Shown here one piece after another: positions 8,326 to 18,181 of a stretch of 64,000 nucleotides of DNA. Position 1 is the stretch's first letter. Every line of letters begins with the position of its first letter. The DNA is from Alphaproteobacteria bacterium (GTDB lineage: Bacteria > Pseudomonadota > Alphaproteobacteria > UBA2966): contig OZ219856.1 of NCBI GenBank assembly GCA_964291395.2, forward strand, positions 1,152,001 to 1,216,000, written 5' to 3'. A program made the position numbers and the translations under genes. The notes below the pieces were generated by a model that made no database searches, was not told where the DNA came from, and was given only the letters and a program-made list of their open reading frames with translations.

Positions 8326-9204
8326 GTGCGGATGTTCCCTGACCGCGGAACCGCCGAAAAATGGATTATCGGCCAAGGCTGGACGAAGGGTTTCCCATGC
8401 CCCCAGGGCGCTTCGTTCAGTGTCCTGGTTCTGGCGCTGGCATGCTTTTGCTTGCCGACCGCACATGCCCTTGCCCAAGAAGAAACGCCGGAGGACAAAG
8501 GCCTAAGGATTGCGCGCGAATCAAGCGCCCGCAACGACGGCTTCGGGGATTTCACCGCTGGATTGACGATGTTGCTGCGCGATCGGCACGGTCGGGAGAG
8601 CGTCCGTAAGATGCGCTTCAAGGTGCTGGAGGTGTCGGGGGACGGCGACAAGAGCCTGTTCGTGTTCGATCAGCCGCAAGACGTGCGGCGAACTGCGCTC
8701 TTGACCCACGCTCACATCAACACTGAGGACGACCAGTGGCTGTATCTGCCGGCCCTGAAAAGAGTGAAGCGCATCAGCGCTTCGAGGCGTTCAGGGTCAT
8801 TCATGGGAAGCGAGTTTTCGTACGAAGATATGAGTCCTCCGGAGGTGGAGGAATACACCCACAAATATCTTCGTGACGAGCCCTGCGGCGAACTCACCTG
8901 TACGGTGACCGAGCAAGTCCCCTTGGATAAGAAATCCGGATACAGCCGCAAGATCGTTTGGCAGGATACAGGCGAGCTTCGAGTCTGGAAGATGGAGCTT
9001 TACGACCGAAGGGGCTCGCACTTGAAGACGCTCACTTTTGCGGCCTATCGCCAATATCTGGATCAATACTGGCGGGCAGGAAAACAGACGATGGTGAATC
9101 ATCTGACCGGCGCGAGCACGGTGCTTCGCTGGACCGATTTTCGGTTCCGCACCAATCTCGATGACAGCGAATTCACCCACACGGCACTTCGACGCGTGCG
9201 CTGA
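8326..9204 (+). CDS. Outer-membrane lipoprotein-sorting (LolA-like) protein
   Basis: Signal-like segment ending AHALA; DDQWLYLPALKRVKRIS, GSFMGSEFSYED motifs; true start may lie downstream. Confidence 0.85.
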   Translation: MRMFPDRGTAEKWIIGQGWTKGFPCPQGASFSVLVLALACFCLPTAHALAQEETPEDKGLRIARESSARNDGFGDFTAGLTMLLRDRHGRESVRKMRFKVLEVSGDGDKSLFVFDQPQDVRRTALLTHAHINTEDDQWLYLPALKRVKRISASRRSGSFMGSEFSYEDMSPPEVEEYTHKYLRDEPCGELTCTVTEQVPLDKKSGYSRKIVWQDTGELRVWKMELYDRRGSHLKTLTFAAYRQYLDQYWRAGKQTMVNHLTGASTVLRWTDFRFRTNLDDSEFTHTALRRVR

Positions 9205-10433
9205 TGCGCTTCGGCGGCGCAATTGCGGCCCTCGTGCTCATGGGTGCCGTAGGTGCCGAGGCGCAGACTCTTGATTTTTCGGGCGACCTGAGCCTGCAGG
9301 CGCGATGGTATCCGCAATCGCCGGCCTTCCCGGGTCAGCGTTCAGGCACCGGCGGGCTGGTCTTTGAGCCGACGCTTTACGGGGAGGTCGCACAAAAAAC
9401 CAGCTTCACCCTGACCCCGCTTTATCGATACGACAGCGCCGATTCGCGGCGCACGCATGCGGACCTGCGCGAGGCCTACCTGCTGATGTATGGAGACTGG
9501 GGCGAGAATTCCTGGGAGTTTCGGCTGGGATTTGATCGCGTTTTCTGGGGCGTGGCCGAGCTGCACAACCTCGTGGATATCGTCAACCAATTGGACCTCG
9601 TCGAGCACCCGCGCAATCGACCCAAACTTGGTCAGCCTATGGCGTACCTGACGATTTCCGGTGACTGGGGCGTCGCTGAATCGTTCCTGCTGCCGTATCA
9701 TCGTAAGCGCACGTTTCCGGGGCGTTCCGGGCGCCTCCGGTCGGCCCGCACGATCGACGAGAACGCCTTGTACGAGAGTGGTGCCGAAGAACGCCATGTG
9801 GATTTTGCGGTTCGCTACAGCCACGGCGTGGGCGTGCTTGATTTCGGCCTGAGTGCCTTTGTTGGAACGAGTCGCGAACCCTTGTTTCTTGCCAGCCATC
9901 AATCCGAGCCGTTGTCGGCAGGTGACGCGCCCTTGATCCCGTACTACGAGCAGATTCGGCAATTCGGGATCGACGCGCAAGTCACGACTGGGCCTTGGCT
10001 TTACAAGATGGAAGCCATTCGCCGTAGCGGAGCGCGCAATCTCCTGGGCCAGGAGGAGGATTACCGCGCCTTCATCTTCGGCTTGGAACACATTCTCTAC
10101 GGCCTGTTTGGTTCCCCAACGGACTTGACCTTGCTCGCCGAGTGGCACTACGACGACCGCGGACGCCGTGCTACAAGTGTCTGGGAGAACGACCTGTTCA
10201 TCGCGGGCTTCCTTGCGTTCAACGATGTGCAGGGCACCGAGCTCGTGGCAAGCGTCCTGGGTGACTTCCGCCATGAATATCGTGCGTTGAACCTGGAACT
10301 GAAACGCCGCCTGACGGATAGTTGGTCGATGCGCTTGGAAATGATCGCGAACCTAAGCGTGGACCCGCGGGATCTGACCTACGATGGACGGCGCGATAGC
10401 TTCCTGGGCGGGGAACTCACGTTCAGATTCTGA
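9204..10433 (+). CDS. Predicted outer-membrane beta-barrel protein
   Basis: Signal peptide (AEA/Q), LREAY, FWGVAE..NLVDIVNQ, C-terminal Phe (TFRF); translationally coupled to the LolA-like gene. Confidence 0.7.
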   Translation: MRFGGAIAALVLMGAVGAEAQTLDFSGDLSLQARWYPQSPAFPGQRSGTGGLVFEPTLYGEVAQKTSFTLTPLYRYDSADSRRTHADLREAYLLMYGDWGENSWEFRLGFDRVFWGVAELHNLVDIVNQLDLVEHPRNRPKLGQPMAYLTISGDWGVAESFLLPYHRKRTFPGRSGRLRSARTIDENALYESGAEERHVDFAVRYSHGVGVLDFGLSAFVGTSREPLFLASHQSEPLSAGDAPLIPYYEQIRQFGIDAQVTTGPWLYKMEAIRRSGARNLLGQEEDYRAFIFGLEHILYGLFGSPTDLTLLAEWHYDDRGRRATSVWENDLFIAGFLAFNDVQGTELVASVLGDFRHEYRALNLELKRRLTDSWSMRLEMIANLSVDPRDLTYDGRRDSFLGGELTFRF

Positions 10434-10591
10434 TGCCGTTCGTGGCTGGCGTTGGACCGCTCGAATTCAGCACTTGACGCCCCCGCCCGGTGAGGCCGGA
10501 CGGGCTTGCCGACGCAAAATGGTCCGAGGAGTATCGGAGATGAGCGCTCCAAGAAGGGGTAATCGACCGACACTAGTGGAAGTCATGTGGG

Positions 10592-11866
10592 GTGATGTTG
10601 CCGGACGGTAAATCCTTACGGAAGATCGCAGTTGTTGGGCGAGGAACCGCAGGATCCCTGGCGGCCGCCAGCGTGACGCATCTTCACCCCGACAGCGACC
10701 ACGAGCTACACCACATATATGATTCGCGCATCCCGGTCATCGGAGTGGGCGAAGGCAGTTGGCCGAGCCTGGTTCGGCAATTGCAGCAACTGACGAATTT
10801 GCCCCATGAAGCCGTCCAGCAGCGTTTGAAGGGAACTCGTAAGTACGGCGTTGCATTCGAGGGATGGGGTCGGCGCAATCGAGAATTCACCCACTACTTC
10901 ACGCCGCAACAGGTGTCTTACGCCTACCACCTATCCGCCGACTTGATGGCGGACTTGCTGCACGAAGGTACGCGCGCACGCCACATCGACGCGAATGTGC
11001 TCGATATCACCAAGGTGGAGGGCGGTGCGCAGGTGAGATTCGAGGGCCTAGCGCCGGAACTCTACGACTTGGTCTTCGATGCCCGCGGGTTTCCCAAAGA
11101 GCTTCATCCCGACCGGCACATCAACATGTCTTTCATCCCCACCAATACAGCCGTCATCCGCCGCTGCCCGGCAATAATCGAGGAAGAGGAGGATGGGCCG
11201 GTTCTGCAACATACATACACCCGTGCGGTTGCGCGTCCGCACGGTTGGGTATTCGTTATTCCGCTTACAGTACACACCTCCTACGGGTACATCTTCAACC
11301 GCGATGTATCCAGCCTTGCCGAAGTCGAATCGGACTTTGACGCATTCCTTGAATCCGATGGCGTATCGGAATTCGAGCAACGCGCCGTCATTCCGTTTCC
11401 CAATTTTGTCCACCGTCAGATGTACGATGGCGCGGTGGCCCGCATTGGCAATGCGGCGGCCTTCATGGAGCCTCTCGAAGCAACGGCGATCGTATCTGCC
11501 CAGTTACAGATCGGGATGGTTCTCCACATACGTCTTAACCGTTCGGTAGAGAATCTTGAGCGCGACGCGCCGGTGGTCAATCGATTTCTCATCAACAACA
11601 TGCTCTGCTACGGCCTGTTCGTCGGTTGGCATTATTCCTGTGGCTCCAAGTACGACAGCGAATTCTGGCGTCGCGCTCGAGACTACGCCTGGCCACAACA
11701 CCGTAAGGCAGCGGACCCCGAGGTGGTGGGGTGCGCCGCGCTCCGTAAATTCGACGAAATGATCGAACTGATGAACCGGTCGGTCATCGACAAAGCGGAC
11801 TGGGATCGCATGTGCGCGGTCCCTCTCACCAGTTATGCCCAGATGTCTCAGGGTCTCGGCTGCTAG
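10592..11866 (+). CDS. srpI: Flavin-dependent tryptophan halogenase family, probable peptidyl-Trp brominase (SrpI-like)
   Basis: GRGTAG FAD motif, IGVGEGS, probable catalytic Lys in TRKYGV, GWVFVIP (WxWxIP variant), FMEPLEAT; clustered with a Trp-terminated precursor. Confidence 0.8.
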   Translation: MMLPDGKSLRKIAVVGRGTAGSLAAASVTHLHPDSDHELHHIYDSRIPVIGVGEGSWPSLVRQLQQLTNLPHEAVQQRLKGTRKYGVAFEGWGRRNREFTHYFTPQQVSYAYHLSADLMADLLHEGTRARHIDANVLDITKVEGGAQVRFEGLAPELYDLVFDARGFPKELHPDRHINMSFIPTNTAVIRRCPAIIEEEEDGPVLQHTYTRAVARPHGWVFVIPLTVHTSYGYIFNRDVSSLAEVESDFDAFLESDGVSEFEQRAVIPFPNFVHRQMYDGAVARIGNAAAFMEPLEATAIVSAQLQIGMVLHIRLNRSVENLERDAPVVNRFLINNMLCYGLFVGWHYSCGSKYDSEFWRRARDYAWPQHRKAADPEVVGCAALRKFDEMIELMNRSVIDKADWDRMCAVPLTSYAQMSQGLGC

Positions 11867-12163
11867 CCCCGGTCTCGGAACGTTTCAACAGAGGTTCGCT
11901 TGCAATAGCTCCTTGGGACGGGACCGCCCCGCTTCAGGGGCGGCAACCCATCAACATTCATGGGCGCAGGCCACAACGCCCGAAGCCGCCGCGCTGGGTT
12001 CGCCTCCAGCCACGAGAACGGGGGCGCGCCTTCGCCTGCACCCGCATGGGTGCGTCAGTGAGGGCGGCGCTTCGCGTTTTGCGTCGTGCGGGCGGCTGCG
12101 TTAAACAAAGGCCGCCGGGTCGCGCGCGGGTGCCGCGCGGCACCCTCCAATTGGTAGAGAACG

Positions 12164-13336
12164 ATGAAGATCACCGATGTCGAGGCGATCGCTCTCGCGG
12201 TACCGATGGAGAAACGGATCGCGGCACCGATCAGCATCCCGCGTGCCGACGAAGTGGCCGGCGTCGTCTTCAGGGAATACCGGTCGGTCCTGGTCCGCAT
12301 CCACACGGACGATGGAATCTCGGGTGTCGGGGAATGCATGACGCGCCTGTCGGGGACGGCGCTCCGCGATATCGTGCACTACGTGAAACCGCTGCTGACC
12401 GGCAAGGACCCGCGTGACGTGGAGTATCTTTGGGATCTGCTGTGGTCGGTCATGATCAACCGCGGGCACCACAAGGGATTTTACCCCGAAGCGATGGCGG
12501 GCATCGATACCGCGTTGTGGGACATCTGGGGCAAGTCCACAGGCGTGCCGGTCTGGCGGCTGCTCGGGGGAAAGACCAATCCGAAGATTTGGTGCTACGC
12601 GTCGTCGTTGCGGCTGCGCGACATCGCCATCCTGCGCGATGAAATCGACCAGCACAAGGACAACGGTTTCGACGCCATGAAGATCAAGATCGGCAAGGAT
12701 CCCATGAACTGGCGGCAGGAAATCAAGACGGTCGAACGGATCAGGGCGCATGCGGGTGACGGCATCACCCTGATGGCGGATGCCAACTGCGGCTATGCGC
12801 ATGATGTCAAGACGGCGTTGCAGGTCGGCCGCGCTCTCGAGGCACTGGACCTCTTTTGGTACGAGGAACCTCTCGCGCCGGACGATATCGACGGGTACGC
12901 CTATCTGAAGGCGAATCTGGGCATCCGTATCGCGACCGGCGAGGCCGATTTCAACCGCTTCAGCTTCGCCCGCTTCTTCAAGCGCGACGCCATCGATATC
13001 GTTCAACATGATGCCGCCCGCGCGGGCGGAATAACGGAGGCGCGGAAGATTGCCGACATGGCGTCGGCGTTTCACGTCCGGTACGCACCGCACACGGGAA
13101 GTTCGTCGAACGTCATCAACACCGTGTCGTTGCATCTGGCGACCTACGCGCCGAACTTCCTGATCTACGAGTACATGCAGAGCGACTGGAACAGGGAACA
13201 GCACAATCCGCTGCATTGGGACCTGTGCGAGATGCCGATCAAGTCGTTCAAGGACAGTCGCCTCGAAATCGAGGATCGGCCGGGACTCGGCATTGAATTG
13301 AACGAGGACGTCATCCGGAAGTACCGGCTTCCATAG
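12164..13336 (+). CDS. Mandelate racemase/muconate lactonizing enzyme family protein
   Basis: GIDTALWD, KIKIG, DAN, WYEEP, ATGE, PGLGIE. Confidence 0.9.
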   Translation: MKITDVEAIALAVPMEKRIAAPISIPRADEVAGVVFREYRSVLVRIHTDDGISGVGECMTRLSGTALRDIVHYVKPLLTGKDPRDVEYLWDLLWSVMINRGHHKGFYPEAMAGIDTALWDIWGKSTGVPVWRLLGGKTNPKIWCYASSLRLRDIAILRDEIDQHKDNGFDAMKIKIGKDPMNWRQEIKTVERIRAHAGDGITLMADANCGYAHDVKTALQVGRALEALDLFWYEEPLAPDDIDGYAYLKANLGIRIATGEADFNRFSFARFFKRDAIDIVQHDAARAGGITEARKIADMASAFHVRYAPHTGSSSNVINTVSLHLATYAPNFLIYEYMQSDWNREQHNPLHWDLCEMPIKSFKDSRLEIEDRPGLGIELNEDVIRKYRLP

Positions 13337-13386
13337 CGTCGGCGTCATCGCATGGAACAACGGCAACATGGGGTTCACGGCACCCG

Positions 13387-15483
13387 ATGAACAGACCAAC
13401 CCGCCCCGTCCAAATCGCCTTCGACATCGGCGGCACGTTCACCGACTTCGTGCTCCAGGACTCCGCGAACGGCGGCATGCGCTTCTGGAAGGTGCCAAGC
13501 ACCCCGGACGATCCCAGCCGCGCCGTTCTCTCCGGGCTGTCCGATCTTCTTGAAGAGACGGGGGTCGAGGGTCGAGACGTCGACGTGATCCTTCATGCGA
13601 CGACGGTGGCCACGAATGCCATCATCGAGCGCAAGGGACCGCGGACCGCCTTCATCACGACCCGGGGGTTCCGCGACATCATCATCATGGGCCGGCAGAA
13701 ACGGTACGATACCTTCGACGTCTATCTGACCAAGCCGGTACCGCTGGTCGACCGGAAGGACGTGTTCGAGGTGGACGAACGGGTCGACGTCTACGGAGAA
13801 ACCGTGAAGTCCGTCGATCCCGCCAGCGTCGAGAGCGTCGTCGATGCGATCACGGACGGCGGCTACGAGTCGGCGGCGGTGGCCTTCATCCACGCTTACG
13901 CGGACGGCAGCCACGAGCGTGTGGTGCGTGACGGCATCGCGGCCAGACACCCGGACATGCCCATCTCGCTGTCTTCCGAAGTCTCGCCCAAGATGCGCGA
14001 GTTCGAGCGGTTCAGCACCACGCTGGCGAATGCCTACGTAAAGCCCGTCGTCGACCGCTATCTCGGCAATCTCGAAGGAGCGCTGAAGGAACGCGGAATC
14101 GAGAGCGACATCTTCATCATGCAGTCGAACGCCGGCCTTGTGCCGCCGGAGCTCGCCCGCGACATGCCGATCCGCATCGTGGAGTCTGGCCCCGCCGCCG
14201 GAGTCATGATGTGCGGGGTCATCGGCCGCGAGGAAGGCAGGCGGAACCTGCTTACGTTCGATATGGGCGGCACGACGGCAAAGCTCGGCGCGATCGACGG
14301 CGGCGAGCCCGCTGTCATGGCGACCTTCGAAGTGGCCATGATCAACTGCCGTCCGGGAAGCGGGATTCCCCTCAACATCTCGGCCGTGGAGCTCTTGGAA
14401 ATTGGCGCGGGGGGCGGCAGTATCGCGCGGACGAATCTCGGACTCATCGCTGTCGGACCGGAAAGTGCGGGTGCGGACCCCGGTCCCATCTGCTACGGCC
14501 AGGGCGGTACCGAGCCCACCGTGACGGACGCCAATCTGGTTCTCGGCTATCTCAACCCCGACTACTTCAACGGCGGCGCCATGTCGCTCGATCGTGCCGC
14601 GGCGGAGGAGGGCATTCACCGGGTCATCGCCGACCCGCTCGGCCTCACCTCGGGCGAGGCGGCCTGGGGAGTTCACACCGTCGCAAACGCCAACATGGAG
14701 CGTGCCATGCGCGTCGTCTCGGTTGAGAGGGGGCGCGACCCCCGTGATTATACGCTGGTGTCGTTCGGGGGCGCCGGGCCCGTCCATACCACGCGCATTG
14801 CCCGAACCCTGGGAATACCCGAGATCATCATTCCCTACGGCGCTGGCGTTGGATCGGCCGTGGGCTTGTTGGAAGCGGACAGCAAGATCGACGCGACGCT
14901 CACGCGCGTCATCCGAATCCGGCCGGATGCAGCGGCTGACATCGCCGCCGTCTATGAACAGCTCGAAACCCGCGTCCAGGCCGATTTGGTCCGGTTGGGC
15001 AGGGCTGAGGAGCCAAAGTGGTCGCGTTACGCCTACATGCGCTACGTCGGACAGGGATACGAGCGCAAGGTCGATCTTCCCGACGGTCCCATCCGCGAGG
15101 ATTATCCCGACAAGATCAGCGAGGTGTTCGTGGAAAGCTATCTGCGGAACTATGGATTCACCGATCCCGATGCCGAGATCGAGGCCATAGACTGGTACCT
15201 CGTGGCGACCGTTCCCAGCAACTACGACGCGCTGCACCGGTTCGAAAGCGTCGGGAAGGCGGGCGAGAGCCCCGTCGTCGGCAGGCGCCGGGCCTACTTC
15301 CCGGAACTGGATGGGTTTGCCGAATGCGACGTGGTCGACCGTTACCGGCTGCGGGACGGCGATACGTTCGAAGGTCCGGCGATCGTGGAGGAGCGGGAGT
15401 CCACGACGGTCGTCCTTCCGGGCGACGAGGTGACGATCAGCCCGTCGGGACATATGATCGTCGAGGTTGGATACGAGGATTGA
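13387..15483 (+). CDS. Hydantoinase/oxoprolinase subunit A
   Basis: DIGGTFTD, HATTVATNA, ESGPAAG, DMGGTT, GPESAGADPGP. Confidence 0.92.
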   Translation: MNRPTRPVQIAFDIGGTFTDFVLQDSANGGMRFWKVPSTPDDPSRAVLSGLSDLLEETGVEGRDVDVILHATTVATNAIIERKGPRTAFITTRGFRDIIIMGRQKRYDTFDVYLTKPVPLVDRKDVFEVDERVDVYGETVKSVDPASVESVVDAITDGGYESAAVAFIHAYADGSHERVVRDGIAARHPDMPISLSSEVSPKMREFERFSTTLANAYVKPVVDRYLGNLEGALKERGIESDIFIMQSNAGLVPPELARDMPIRIVESGPAAGVMMCGVIGREEGRRNLLTFDMGGTTAKLGAIDGGEPAVMATFEVAMINCRPGSGIPLNISAVELLEIGAGGGSIARTNLGLIAVGPESAGADPGPICYGQGGTEPTVTDANLVLGYLNPDYFNGGAMSLDRAAAEEGIHRVIADPLGLTSGEAAWGVHTVANANMERAMRVVSVERGRDPRDYTLVSFGGAGPVHTTRIARTLGIPEIIIPYGAGVGSAVGLLEADSKIDATLTRVIRIRPDAAADIAAVYEQLETRVQADLVRLGRAEEPKWSRYAYMRYVGQGYERKVDLPDGPIREDYPDKISEVFVESYLRNYGFTDPDAEIEAIDWYLVATVPSNYDALHRFESVGKAGESPVVGRRRAYFPELDGFAECDVVDRYRLRDGDTFEGPAIVEERESTTVVLPGDEVTISPSGHMIVEVGYED

Positions 15484-15489
15484 GCTGAC

Positions 15490-17178
15490 ATGACCGAAGC
15501 GACGCGCAGCAATCAGCCGGTCGACCCCATCACGCTTTCCGTGATCTGGGGCGGCTTCGTCTCCATCGCCGAAGAGATGGGTACGACCCTGCGGCAGACG
15601 GCCTTCTCCGATGCCGTGCGCGAGGGGGACGATTTCTCGACGGCAATCTTCGATCGCCGGGGGCGCATGCTGGCCCAAGGCAACTTCACGCCGGGGCACC
15701 TCGGCTCCATGCCCCACGTCGTGCGGTCGGTGATGGAGTACTTCCCGGAAGAGGCGCTGAAGCCCGGAGACGCGGTCCTGGTGAACGACTCCGCCATTGG
15801 TTCGGGCCACTACCCCGACTGCTTCATCGTCATGCCGGTCTGGTTCGAGAACCACGTCGTCGGATACGCCACGGACATCTGTCATCACGCGGATATGGGC
15901 GGTGCGGTGCCGGGCTCTCAGGCGATCATGGGCGTCACCGAGGCCTATCAGGAAGGGTTGCGCATCCTGCCCGTCAAGATCATGCGCGACGGAGAATTCT
16001 GCGAAGACATCATGCGCATCATCCTCGGCAACGTGCGCGTGCCGAACAAAGTGGGCGGTGATCTCCGGGCACAGGCCAACGCCAACTACGTGGGCTCGCA
16101 GCGGCTGATCCGCATGTACGAGCAGTACGGCGAGGACCTGATGGAGGCGGCGATCGAGGAGATCCTGGACCGCTCCGAGCGGCGCATCCGCGACCTCATT
16201 CGCCAGATGCCCGAAGGTGTTTACGAATTCGAGGACTTTTTCGACGACAGCGGACCGGATACGCAGCCGATACGTGTCCACGTGCAAATGGAGATCAAGG
16301 ACGGTGGCATCACCGCCGATTTCTCCAAGAGCTCCGATCAGGTCCCGGCCGGCATGAATTGCTACAAGACGTTCACCCAGTGCTGGCTGTACTTTATCGT
16401 CAAGGCCTACACCGATGCGCTTCTGCCGCAGAACGACGGAGTTATTCGCGCCCTTGAGGTTCGCGGCCGCGAAGGGTCCGCATTCAACCCGGTCTATCCC
16501 GCGCCATCAGGCGGACGAGCCGTGGCGCAGATTCGCATCTATGAGGCAATGAACGGCATCCTCGCCAAGCTTCTCCCCGATCGTGCGATGGCGGCGTTTT
16601 CCCACTGGACCAATATCCAGATGGGTGGCGTCGACGATCGAACGGGTGAGCCGTTCATCCTCTATGACGTCGTGTTCGCGGGTTACGGCGGCCAGGCGAT
16701 GAAGGACGGGATCGAGGCGATGAGCCCGGTGATGAACTGCCCGAATATTCCCGTCGAGGTACACGAAGCGCATAACCCCGTTCTCATTCACCGGGTTGAG
16801 TTCATTCCCGACTCGGCGGGTCCCGGCAAATTCCGTGGCGGCTGCGGATTGCGCAAGGACATCGAGCTTCGCACCGACTCGGCGACGCTCAACCTGCTCG
16901 GCGACCGTCACAAGTTCGAACCCTACGGGCTCAGCGGTGGTGGCAGCGGCAAGCTCGCCGAGACGGTCCTCAATCCGGATGGCGAGGCGGAACCGATGAG
17001 CTCGAAGGAGCGGCGCGCGTTGAAGCGCGGCGATATCGTCAGTGTTCGCCTGTCCGGCGCCGGCGGGTTTGGCCCGGCCGCCGAACGCGATCCCGCCGCC
17101 GTCGAACGGGATATCACCGAGGGATACGTCACGCCGGAGGGCGCGCAGGAAGCGTACGGTTGGTCGCCCAGTTCATAA
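15490..17178 (+). CDS. Hydantoinase B/oxoprolinase family
   Basis: DPITLSVI, PGHLGSM, HHADMGG, EGLRI, DSAGPGKFRGG, GAGGFG. Confidence 0.92.
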   Translation: MTEATRSNQPVDPITLSVIWGGFVSIAEEMGTTLRQTAFSDAVREGDDFSTAIFDRRGRMLAQGNFTPGHLGSMPHVVRSVMEYFPEEALKPGDAVLVNDSAIGSGHYPDCFIVMPVWFENHVVGYATDICHHADMGGAVPGSQAIMGVTEAYQEGLRILPVKIMRDGEFCEDIMRIILGNVRVPNKVGGDLRAQANANYVGSQRLIRMYEQYGEDLMEAAIEEILDRSERRIRDLIRQMPEGVYEFEDFFDDSGPDTQPIRVHVQMEIKDGGITADFSKSSDQVPAGMNCYKTFTQCWLYFIVKAYTDALLPQNDGVIRALEVRGREGSAFNPVYPAPSGGRAVAQIRIYEAMNGILAKLLPDRAMAAFSHWTNIQMGGVDDRTGEPFILYDVVFAGYGGQAMKDGIEAMSPVMNCPNIPVEVHEAHNPVLIHRVEFIPDSAGPGKFRGGCGLRKDIELRTDSATLNLLGDRHKFEPYGLSGGGSGKLAETVLNPDGEAEPMSSKERRALKRGDIVSVRLSGAGGFGPAAERDPAAVERDITEGYVTPEGAQEAYGWSPSS

Positions 17179-17232
17179 CCAACTCACGCGACCGAATTCT
17201 CGGATGTCTGGCCGGGAAAGGAAAATCCCAAG

Positions 17233-18042
17233 GTGACCAGTGTCTTGCTGACGGGAGCGGCCGGCCGTATCGGGCCAACCATCCGGGATGGTCTTCGCGG
17301 CCGCTGCTCCCTGCTGCGGGTTTCGCATCATAGCCTCGACCGCCTTGGAGCGGCTGCCCCCGGCGAAGAGCTGAACCAAGCCGACCTCTGCAGTCTCGCC
17401 GACATGGAGGCTGCGATGGAAGGGATTGACGTCGTGGTCCATATGGGCGGACGGGGAACGGAGGCGGAGTGGGAGGTCATTCATGAGAAGAATATCGTCG
17501 GAACCTACAACGTGTTCGAGGCGGCGCGCCGGCAGAAGGTTCGGCGGGTGATCTACGCGAGTTCACACCACGCCGTCGGCTTCTATCGCCGCTCGAATAC
17601 CCTCGATCTCAACGTGGCGCCGCGGCCGGATGGCCCGTATGGCGTCTCCAAGGTGTTCGGTGAGGCGCTCGGCCGCATGTACGCGGACAAACATGGAATG
17701 AGCGTTGTATCATTGCGGATTGGAGCGTTCAGACAGAAGCCCGAGGATATCCGTCATCTCAGCGTCTGGCTGAGTCCGAGGGACTGTCTACAGCTCATCA
17801 TCAAATGCATTGAGGCTCAGGATCTCCACTACGCCGTCATCTACGGCATATCCAACAATACGCGTTCGATATGGGATAACTCCGGCGCGGCTCTGATCGG
17901 TTACAAGCCGGAAGACGACGCCGAAGTTTACCTTGAGGAGGTGCTCCAGAAGGGGACACCCGAGGGAGACATCGCGGCCGTGTTTCACGGCGGCCATTTC
18001 TGCCAGATGGATTTCGACGGAGATTCCTCTCGCATCGATTAG
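17233..18042 (+). CDS. NAD-dependent epimerase/dehydratase, uronate dehydrogenase-like
   Basis: TGAAGRIG, ASSHH, YGVSK, LRIG, WLSPRD. Confidence 0.8.
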   Translation: MTSVLLTGAAGRIGPTIRDGLRGRCSLLRVSHHSLDRLGAAAPGEELNQADLCSLADMEAAMEGIDVVVHMGGRGTEAEWEVIHEKNIVGTYNVFEAARRQKVRRVIYASSHHAVGFYRRSNTLDLNVAPRPDGPYGVSKVFGEALGRMYADKHGMSVVSLRIGAFRQKPEDIRHLSVWLSPRDCLQLIIKCIEAQDLHYAVIYGISNNTRSIWDNSGAALIGYKPEDDAEVYLEEVLQKGTPEGDIAAVFHGGHFCQMDFDGDSSRID

Positions 18043-18181
18043 AACTGCGGGAATTCCAGCGCTGAGAGGCGGCCGAGCGGCACGACCTGCAAGCGTTTCC
18101 GTGATGCCGTGGACCATTGACGGTGCCGTAATCCGGCAATAAGCATCGGCCGATGCGCTTTCGATACAGAGAGGCAACCGC

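Noticed and set aside
13375-16287. 970-aa antisense ORF (and similar ones at 33061-35187, 17837-19330, 24913-26394)
   Set aside because: Shadow ORFs opposite well-supported genes in high-GC DNA, with no recognisable motifs.
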